Below, piece by piece: positions 1-5,573 of a stretch of 9,795 nt of DNA (positions within the stretch are counted from its first letter, which is position 1; each line of letters starts with the position of its first letter). The notes under the pieces were generated by a model, which searched no databases, was not told the origin of the DNA, and saw only the letters and a program-made list of their open reading frames with translations. The position numbers and the translations under genes are program-made. Source of the DNA: a virus (lineage: Duplodnaviria > Heunggongvirae > Uroviricota > Caudoviricetes); the IMG/VR virus record IMGVR_UViG_2711768052_000007, positions 1-9,795 of that record. One strand, given 5' to 3'.

Positions 1-564
1 TCAACGACTGCGCTTAGCGTGGCGCTCCCAGTTTTCTTGCTTCGCCTGCGCCGTTTTACGTAGTGCGACGTAACACGCCCCGCTGCCGCCATGATGCGGT
101 AGCGCAGTGCAATATGCCTGAACATCATCAAATTCGGTCAGCCAGCGCGCCACATAGCTGCGGACAATATTGGCATGCGATTTATCATCCCGTCCTTTGC
201 CATGAATAATCAGCACGTTACGCAAACCATCAGCCATGGCTTGTTGAATGAAACTGAACATCATTTTGCGGCACTCTTCCACCGGCTGGCGCAAAAGATT
301 CAGGCTCGCCTGTTGCGGATATTTACCACTGCGCAGCTTATCCAGCACCCCATGTTGCAACCCTTCCCGCCGAAACTCCAGCGGCTGACTTAGTGGGATG
401 ATGTCGAGAAATCCGGTGGTGAGGAAATTATCAAGCTGCAGCGTGTCGATACGCTGCGGCGCACGTTGGTTACGCGTTGGATGCCAGTGGACATCGGTAG
501 CACGTTTCAGCGGCTGGACATCTTCCATGGCGTCAAGAAACAGCGATTTGTCGTCAAGGTTCAT
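1..564 (-). CDS. smrA: Smr-domain protein SmrA (YdaL), probable DNA endonuclease
   Basis: Complete 187-aa ORF (ATG at 564-562, stop at 3-1). The translation matches E. coli SmrA/YdaL as I recall it, including length. SD-like GGAGGATG lies upstream at about 568-575. Confidence 0.85.
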   Translation of the reverse strand: MNLDDKSLFLDAMEDVQPLKRATDVHWHPTRNQRAPQRIDTLQLDNFLTTGFLDIIPLSQPLEFRREGLQHGVLDKLRSGKYPQQASLNLLRQPVEECRKMMFSFIQQAMADGLRNVLIIHGKGRDDKSHANIVRSYVARWLTEFDDVQAYCTALPHHGGSGACYVALRKTAQAKQENWERHAKRSR

Positions 565-1297
565 GTTACATCCTCCCGCAATTAAGAGCGCGATATGATA
601 ACCAGACCGGGTCGGTCCAACAACGTATTACCCAAAATTCCAGTAATAAGTTCCAAATATTGCCGATATTTTAAGCAAAATGCTTATGCATGATTATTCA
701 TTCACGATATTTATAATTAAATGCGCATAACTTATTGAATTTAACCAACAAACATCGCTGCAAATAACGTTAAAAATCGCAAATTAACTACACCATTAAC
801 TACACCGTTCGGTGCACTGTATGCAACAATGCGGAACAAATAGACACAAGCGACGGGCTATACCGTTATCATTTTCCGGCTATCCGCCATGAAGCTGGTG
901 GATGATCACGGATAAACCGTTATGGAAGTCCCCATATCGGCATCATGCCCACCAGCGAGATTAGTTATCTGGTTGCTGATGGGAGGCTGACGAACCTCGA
1001 TGCTAGGGTGCGCAAAACTAGTGAGACCTTTTTTCTCTGCAACAGGCCCATAATTCGCGTTTTCTTTGTCTGCCGTAAGGTGGGGGATTTTTGGCGGATC
1101 CAGCAATGGCGCGGATTTTGTGATTTTTTATAGATAGACCTCATCTATCAATCCCGTGCACACCTTCCCAAAAAAAGTTTTCGAACCTGCGGCGATGAGA
1201 ACAAGGGTAGGCGGGCGGTCCCATAAGCAATGGAGTGTAGGGATTCCGATCCCCCTGGGGGTATTAAACGCCCCACCCTATTTAAATACCGTCTTTT

Positions 1298-1339
1298 TTG
1301 TCACTGGTTGTCACTCTCCGTCACGGTATGTCACCACAA
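1298..1339. repeat. Four GTCAC-containing units phased exactly every 10 bp (candidate integrase arm-type or Xis/AlpA-type binding array)
   Basis: GTCAC occurs at 1300, 1310, 1320 and 1330 (ttGTCACtgg, ttGTCACtct, ccGTCACggt, atGTCACcac), directly 3' of the last island gene. It resembles the lambda Int arm-type consensus (A/C)AGTCACTAT, recalled from memory. Confidence 0.4.
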
Positions 1340-1340
1340 G

Positions 1341-1625
1341 TTAACGTCGTAACCGTTCCGGCTTCTTCCACTGGTAAGTAATTTTTTCTTTCTCCCGGTA
1401 CATCTCTACGCGGCGACGGTATGACAACATCTCCAGAACTCTGGTTCGTATATCGCGCATATCCACGCCGTTAAGCTCAATACCATCACGGCGCATCACC
1501 TCAGCCACTACACGCGCGTAATTTTCGGCTATCACGCTGTCCGGCTGCGTGGCCTCCTGTTTGCCTGTTGTCTGGCTGGCTCCGGTAACGCGGCGAATTA
1601 TTTTGAGCATTTCGGCTTCGGTCAT
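1341..1625 (-). CDS. Hypothetical protein (94 aa) downstream of the small-terminase-like gene
   Basis: ORF with internal ATG at 1625-1623 preceded by GGAGG with about 8 nt spacing. The longer track ORF (to 1715) has no RBS. I do not recognise a family. Confidence 0.5.
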   Translation of the reverse strand: MTEAEMLKIIRRVTGASQTTGKQEATQPDSVIAENYARVVAEVMRRDGIELNGVDMRDIRTRVLEMLSYRRRVEMYREKEKITYQWKKPERLRR

Positions 1626-1770
1626 GGTTATGGCCTCCGTGGTGATGGGAAACAATGCCGTAATTGTGGCGGGTCCTTCTTGGAAAATGAAATACCGGGG
1701 TAGCCATACGCGCAATTCTTAACTGTTTATGAAAATTTTTCGAGTTCCACTCCCGGTTTTTTTATGACCT

Positions 1771-1791
1771 AACCAATTGATTAAATTGGTT
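1771..1791. promoter_or_regulatory. Perfect 8-bp inverted repeat AACCAATT-N5-AATTGGTT (operator-like)
   Basis: Read directly from the sequence, in the 215-bp gap between the terS-like stop (1840) and the next gene start (1625). Confidence 0.3.
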
Positions 1792-1839
1792 TTAAATATC
1801 AAATCAACCGGAAGTCTGACCAGTTGAGGGAAATGATGA

Positions 1840-2301
1840 TCAGGTGTCGTTTTGCCTGATTAATTTACGCTTCTTTTTGTTTTCATTTGTGTGTTTTTTA
1901 AGGCGTTTTAATGTCAGTTCTCGCCCGATCTCAATTCCCTGCGCTCTGCCCCTAGCCTGTGCGATCTCGTCCGGTGAATAACCGTAAATTTCCAGACCTT
2001 TATTAAATTTTTTTTCGTACTCTTGTTTGTCTTCTTCTTCACCAACCATACTCAACATGATTTCACGCGAATGCATAATGCAATCAAGCGGATGAAGTTC
2101 GCCAGTCATACCCAGTTCTTTGAGTCCTTCCTGTCCTCTTACCCAAAAAAGAACATGTCCTAACTGGTAGCGCCCCGGCTTTCCTTTATCTCCTTCAATG
2201 AATGGCAAACCGCGTTTAGTCCATGCCCTGACAGTTGTCCTGTCTACTCCAAATTGATCTGCTATTTCCTGCTGGCTTAAGAAAAATTCTTTTTCACTCA
2301 T
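1840..2301 (-). CDS. Terminase small subunit-like packaging protein (Nu1-type N-terminal winged-HTH, divergent C-terminus)
   Basis: The N-terminus (LSQQEIADQFGVDRTTVRAWTKRGLPFIEGDKGKPGRY) aligns with lambda Nu1 (KKQLADIFGASIRTIQNWQEQGMPVLRGGGKGNEVLY). The track ORF begins at a TTG (2337); the ATG at 2301-2299 (MSEKEFF) matches the Nu1 N-terminus better. The gene lies immediately downstream of a cos-like site. Confidence 0.7.
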   Translation of the reverse strand: MSEKEFFLSQQEIADQFGVDRTTVRAWTKRGLPFIEGDKGKPGRYQLGHVLFWVRGQEGLKELGMTGELHPLDCIMHSREIMLSMVGEEEDKQEYEKKFNKGLEIYGYSPDEIAQARGRAQGIEIGRELTLKRLKKHTNENKKKRKLIRQNDT

Positions 2302-2379
2302 AATGTTACCAATAATTACTGGTTGAATATTAATCAAGTGGTGGTGGTGTACCCTTTCCCGGAAAGCGTCATAAATAGC

Positions 2380-2440
2380 GCTTTTTTGCGCGTCTGCCGC
2401 CCCGTAACCTTTCGGATCGCCGGAAAGGACCCGTAAAAAA
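2380..2440 (-). other. Lambda-type cos site (cosQ-proximal sequence, cosN-like 12-mer, start of cosB)
   Basis: Minus strand reads ACGGGTCCTTTCCGGCGATCCGAAAGGTTACG|GGGCGGCAGACG|CGC...GCGCTATTTATGA. The lambda genome ends and start, as I recall them, read ...ACGGGTCCTTTCCGGTGATCCGACAGGTTACG|GGGCGGCGACCT|CGCGGGTTTTCGCTATTTATGA. The cosN-like 12-mer is at 2391-2402 (plus coordinates). Confidence 0.7.
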
Positions 2441-2456
2441 GCCGGATTTCTCCGGC
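2435..2456 (-). terminator. Putative intrinsic terminator after the 137-aa gene, overlapping the cosQ-proximal region
   Basis: On the minus strand, hairpin GCCGGA-gaaa-TCCGGC is followed by TTTTTT, 7 bp after the stop at 2463. It may instead be part of cos architecture. Confidence 0.35.
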
Positions 2457-2462
2457 CTTGTC

Positions 2463-2876
2463 TCAGATGGTTTTCAGTATGCGATCGATGTCGTCGTCAT
2501 CACCCGGATTTCTTCCATCGTATTCCATGCCACCTGACACTGCTTTGGGGCTGTGCATATCCATAAAGTTTTCAAAGGCTGCAGTAAGCTCCGGCGGAAC
2601 CTTCGGGCGTTCCTGCTCTATGGTCATGTTCAGGATGTCTCTTGCCCCTTCAACATCGATACAAGGAACATTCGCCATTGCACGCAACATCGGCTGATAT
2701 TCGGCTGCTTCATGAAGCGCCATAATCGCATCAGCGCGCGGCTTGTCCTGTTCTTCCAGTTTGTTCAATCGGTGTATGGCTTCGTAGGTTGATAAACCTC
2801 TGTCAGCCATTGCCCGCGCTTCGGCCTTAAATTTACTCGCCAGCGGTAGCGCCATGATCTCTTCATTGATTGCCAT
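2463..2876 (-). CDS. Hypothetical protein (137 aa, acidic C-terminus) between the decoration gene and cos
   Basis: ORF with ATG at 2876-2874 preceded by AGGGGGGA. The track ORF extends to 2930 but that extension overlaps the upstream gene and has no RBS. Family not recognised. Confidence 0.5.
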   Translation of the reverse strand: MAINEEIMALPLASKFKAEARAMADRGLSTYEAIHRLNKLEEQDKPRADAIMALHEAAEYQPMLRAMANVPCIDVEGARDILNMTIEQERPKVPPELTAAFENFMDMHSPKAVSGGMEYDGRNPGDDDDIDRILKTI

Positions 2877-2889
2877 CGTTCCCCCCTGC

Positions 2890-3225
2890 TTATCGTGCCA
2901 GCGGCTGAACGGATACGCCAGAACCCGCAAAGGCAGCGCATTTTTTCGCGTCAGTATCGACGCTCTCGGGCCAGTTAACGACGGCGATATTGAATATCCC
3001 CGTCTTGTAACACTGTGCAGATTTTTGTTTTGCCGTGTCCAGTGGGTAGGAGGTCAGATAAATGGCCTTGCCTGACTCCTGACCGCCCCACGCCTTAAAC
3101 TCGCCGTTCTCCGTCATCATCAGCGGGGTAAGCTCGGGAATAACTCCGGCATCAGCGGCAAAGTGTACCAGCGTAGTGGAAACCTGCTGTGTACCGGACA
3201 ATAATTCAACATATGGAACGCCCAT
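2890..3225 (-). CDS. Head decoration protein (lambda gpD-like)
   Basis: 111 aa. TPLMMTENGEFKAWGG...CYKTGIFNIAVVNWPES...KKCAAFAG aligns with lambda D (TPLMLDTSSRKLVAWDG...FYKSGTFRYEDVLWPEA...KRTAFAG). ATG at 3225 is preceded by GGGGGA. Confidence 0.8.
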   Translation of the reverse strand: MGVPYVELLSGTQQVSTTLVHFAADAGVIPELTPLMMTENGEFKAWGGQESGKAIYLTSYPLDTAKQKSAQCYKTGIFNIAVVNWPESVDTDAKKCAAFAGSGVSVQPLAR

Positions 3226-3236
3226 AAAATCCCCCG

Positions 3237-4292
3237 TTAACCAATTTTTACGGTAACAAATTTGCGGATATCTGCCGGAACCGGCTGTGGTGCGCTGTGC
3301 GTCTGCACGTATTCAATCGACGGATCGCCGCCCTCAATCCAGTTTTTCGGGTAGTACATGTTTCGCGTTGCGCCAGTTCTTACCGCTTCCTGATCCATAA
3401 TCGCGCCATAGGCCACCAGTCCTTTATTGCTGGTATTACCCAGAACAAGCAAATCAGGCTCAAGGAAATATTTTTCCGTTCCGTCGCCGTCAGTGTATTT
3501 ACCGGAATAAACGATAAGGGCCAGATCGCCAAGATAGCCTTTAAAGCTCACCACTTCGCCCAGGTTTTTACACGCCAGCTCTGCGGCGGATTCTGAACCA
3601 CGGGAAAGATCGTACAGTTCACGAAATTTTTTAAAGCTGCGTAACGTGCGCCATACCTCAACGCCCATAATCATGACGTTGGCGGGGCAACCTGCCTGAT
3701 CGGTGTACAGTTCGATGTCATAAATTGGATCGTGCGTTTCCTTGTCAGCCTCTGACCACTTTTTACCTTGTCCCTGCGTAATGATGTTTTTAGTCGGGAT
3801 TTTCCAGTCGATTTCGTATCGATTTATACCTTCGCCTTCAATGATGTTTTTCCCGGTCGTGACTGCATTCACCGCCAGCCATTCCACACGCGCTTTAATG
3901 GAATTTACCTGGCGGCGCATGTTGCCCGTAATCAGGCGCATACGACGGTATGTAGGGTCGTTAAGCTGTGCTGGATCTTCACCAGCCATGCGTATGATGG
4001 TTTTTGATGGATCGATTTCGTGTTTGGGTTTCATGTAGCCAGGGCGGATAGTGCTTGTTTCGTACCCTTTATCTCGCTGAACCTGGCTACCCACCATAGG
4101 CGAACAAAACGCCGACATGGTGACTTCTTCAATATCCAGGGTATCTAACATGATGTCCTGCGTGTTGAAGGTCGCCACGTTCGGGAAAAACAGCGACGTA
4201 AACAGCGGACTAAATTTAAAATCTGGAATATCCTGGCGATTCAGATATGTAAAAAGCTGATGCGTGTTAAGCGCCTGCGCTTTGTCTGTCAT
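3237..4292 (-). CDS. Major capsid protein (lambda gpE-like)
   Basis: 351 aa with conserved blocks shared with lambda E: FKFSPLF, PGYMKPKHE, EDPAQLNDPTYRRMR, VVSFKGYLGDLALIVYSGKY, VLGNT, YPKNW, GDP, SAP. The start ATG overlaps the upstream stop (ATGA). Confidence 0.9.
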   Translation of the reverse strand: MTDKAQALNTHQLFTYLNRQDIPDFKFSPLFTSLFFPNVATFNTQDIMLDTLDIEEVTMSAFCSPMVGSQVQRDKGYETSTIRPGYMKPKHEIDPSKTIIRMAGEDPAQLNDPTYRRMRLITGNMRRQVNSIKARVEWLAVNAVTTGKNIIEGEGINRYEIDWKIPTKNIITQGQGKKWSEADKETHDPIYDIELYTDQAGCPANVMIMGVEVWRTLRSFKKFRELYDLSRGSESAAELACKNLGEVVSFKGYLGDLALIVYSGKYTDGDGTEKYFLEPDLLVLGNTSNKGLVAYGAIMDQEAVRTGATRNMYYPKNWIEGGDPSIEYVQTHSAPQPVPADIRKFVTVKIG

Positions 4293-4498
4293 TGCTCACC
4301 CCCATGAGTCTGATTCATGCCAAGCGCAGCGCGTAAATGGCTGCGTACCATCCAACCAACTGACGGCTTCACCATGCACAACGGATCAAGGCCGACTTTT
4401 TTGCCTGCTTCTGCGTTCTCCTCAAAGCGCGCATTAAGTGCCGCGATAATATCGGGGCTGATGTATACGGATACACCGCCCAGCTTCTGTGTTCCCAT
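4289..4498 (-). CDS. Hypothetical small protein (69 aa), translationally coupled to the capsid gene
   Basis: ATG at 4498-4496 is preceded by AGAGGA, and the stop overlaps the capsid ATG. The upstream part of the track ORF (to 4564) has no RBS. Confidence 0.4.
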   Translation of the reverse strand: MGTQKLGGVSVYISPDIIAALNARFEENAEAGKKVGLDPLCMVKPSVGWMVRSHLRAALGMNQTHGGEQ

Positions 4499-4550
4499 AA
4501 ATGAAATTCCTCTTTGACTAAAAAACAAACATAACGAAAAATCAGTCATG

Positions 4551-4580
4551 ATTTTAATCATCATTGCATTTTTTGCAATG
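4551..4580 (-). promoter_or_regulatory. Putative sigma70-type promoter for the head/packaging operon with an overlapping inverted repeat
   Basis: On the minus strand, -35 TTGCAA (4578-4573), 16-bp spacer, -10 TAAAAT (4556-4551). The 7-bp inverted repeat CATTGCA-N5-TGCAATG (4562-4580) overlaps the -35 and spacer. Confidence 0.3.
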
Positions 4581-4675
4581 CAATTGACTATTATTGCAAA
4601 TCATGAAAGTATAATTCCGCGGTTTTACCTTGTATCGTAGAGTTGTTAGCATCAATCACGTTAACGGCATGAAAT

Positions 4676-4709
4676 CCCCCCGGAACCTCATCCCGGGGGG
4701 ATTTTTTTT
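4676..4709 (+). terminator. Strong plus-strand intrinsic terminator
   Basis: 8-bp GC stem CCCCCCGG/CCGGGGGG (4676-4683 / 4693-4700) with a 9-nt loop, followed by A and T8 (4702-4709). Confidence 0.6.
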
Positions 4710-4713
4710 GCGC

Positions 4714-4741
4714 ACAAAAAAGCCGTGAAAAATCCCGGCTT
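4714..4741 (-). terminator. Minus-strand intrinsic terminator after the SSB-like gene
   Basis: On the minus strand, hairpin AAGCCG-N10-CGGCTT is followed by TTTTTT. It lies about 15 bp downstream of the alternative-frame TAA stop at 4758-4756. Confidence 0.45.
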
Positions 4742-4755
4742 CTGTCACTCGTTGC

Positions 4756-5122
4756 TTAAAACGGTATGTTATCCCCGTACGGATCATCATTTCCCGCCTG
4801 TTGTTTTGCCCTGTTCAGTGCGTCAGTAGCCTGGCCCTGTTGACCTTTTTTGCCGCCCGGGCGCGCCGTTCTGGCCTGTCCACTGGCTTACCTGCATGTT
4901 ACCCGCCACGCTCACAAGTTCGCCTTTCTGGTGCTTTGCCAGTGCGTCGGCCTGTCTGCCAAACGCCAGGACGGATAACCACATCGTCGCCGTTCCGTCA
5001 TCTGCCTGGCTGCACGGCAGGGGAACCGCCATACTCGCCATCGCCATTTGTGTCCCTTTGCTGGTGGTCTTTAACTGCGGGTCAGCCACCAGCCGCCCGT
5101 AAGCCGCTATCTGTGCTGTCAT
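4756..5122 (-). CDS. SSB-like single-stranded DNA-binding protein with an apparent +1 frameshift near an A6 tract
   Basis: The track ORF (4823..5122) shows an SSB-like OB-fold pattern (GRLVADPQL..., WLSVLAFGRQADALAKHQKGELVSVAGNMQVSQWTGQNG versus E. coli SSB [40 protein letters not shown]). The +1 frame downstream of the A6 run (4846-4851) continues to ...AGNDDPYGDNIPF and stops at 4758-4756. IPF is the hallmark C-terminal tip of bacterial SSBs. Confidence 0.5.
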
Positions 5123-5370
5123 GATTCCACCTCTCCGGTTTTAACATTGATGGTTGTCACCTGTTCCGCTTCGGCAATCTCCCGTTCTGTCAGCGTGGCA
5201 AAGTTTGCTGCCGCCGTGGTCATGAATGCGCTTATCAGTTCGGGGTGTGCTTTCGCGTATCCTTCCCCGGCATGGCGGTCTATCGTTCTGATTGCCACCT
5301 TTAAGGCGTGCTCTGTCATGTCTAATGCGCGATATTTTGGCGCTGTCTTATCTCTGGTTTTTCTGGTCAT
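5119..5370 (-). CDS. Hypothetical protein (83 aa) between the origin and the SSB-like gene
   Basis: ORF with ATG at 5370. Its stop overlaps the SSB-like ATG (ATGA). No family recognised. Confidence 0.45.
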   Translation of the reverse strand: MTRKTRDKTAPKYRALDMTEHALKVAIRTIDRHAGEGYAKAHPELISAFMTTAAANFATLTEREIAEAEQVTTINVKTGEVES

Positions 5371-5379
5371 TCCTCACTG

Positions 5380-5573
5380 CTCCCCACTTTTACTACCCAC
5401 TTTTTGAAATTACCCAACGTCTCCCCACTTCTTTTTTTTGTGATTCTAACGTGATGTTTTTCAATGTATTTTTTATTCCCCACTTTTTGGGGTATATACA
5501 GGTGGGAAAGTGGGGAATCGCGTTTCAATTTTGTTAAATTCCCCATACTCCCCACTTTTACTACCCACTTTTT
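5380..5573. repeat. Iteron-type origin of replication candidate
   Basis: An identical 26-bp direct repeat CTCCCCACTTTTACTACCCACTTTTT occurs at 5380-5405 and 5548-5573. The short motif TCCCCACTT occurs at 5381, 5422, 5477 and 5549, with an inverted copy AAGTGGGGA at 5508-5516. An AT-rich spacer lies at 5431-5476. The region is immediately 3' of the Rep-type gene. Confidence 0.6.

Noticed and set aside
1170-1260. Possible tRNA or tmRNA 3' end as the integration target (TTCGAACC at 1178-1185, GGGATTCCGATCCC at 1240-1253)
   Set aside because: No T-arm or acceptor-stem pairing can be built around either motif and there is no CCA-compatible end, so I see no tRNA in the window.
906-1344. ORFs 906..1106 (minus), 945..1133 (plus) and 1156..1344 (plus) in the smrA-island gap
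   Set aside because: They overlap each other, have no RBS or recognisable domains, and sit in apparently non-coding junction DNA.
1501-1715. ORF 1501..1707 (minus) and the 5' extension of 1341..1715
   Set aside because: The first is an alternative frame of the 94-aa gene with His/Arg-rich low-complexity translation. The extension lacks an RBS, whereas the internal ATG at 1625 has GGAGG.
2302-2337. TTG-initiated 12-codon extension of the terS-like ORF
   Set aside because: It is a non-ATG start with no RBS that would run into the cosB region; the ATG at 2301 aligns with the Nu1 N-terminus.
3297-4038. Plus-strand ORFs 3297..3596, 3742..4038 and 3768..4007 inside the capsid gene
   Set aside because: They are antisense to a strongly supported E-like capsid gene and have no homology signal or RBS.
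4801-5124. Plus-strand ORFs 4801..5124 and 4896..5102
   Set aside because: They are antisense to the SSB-like gene with Pro/Ser/Arg-rich translations.
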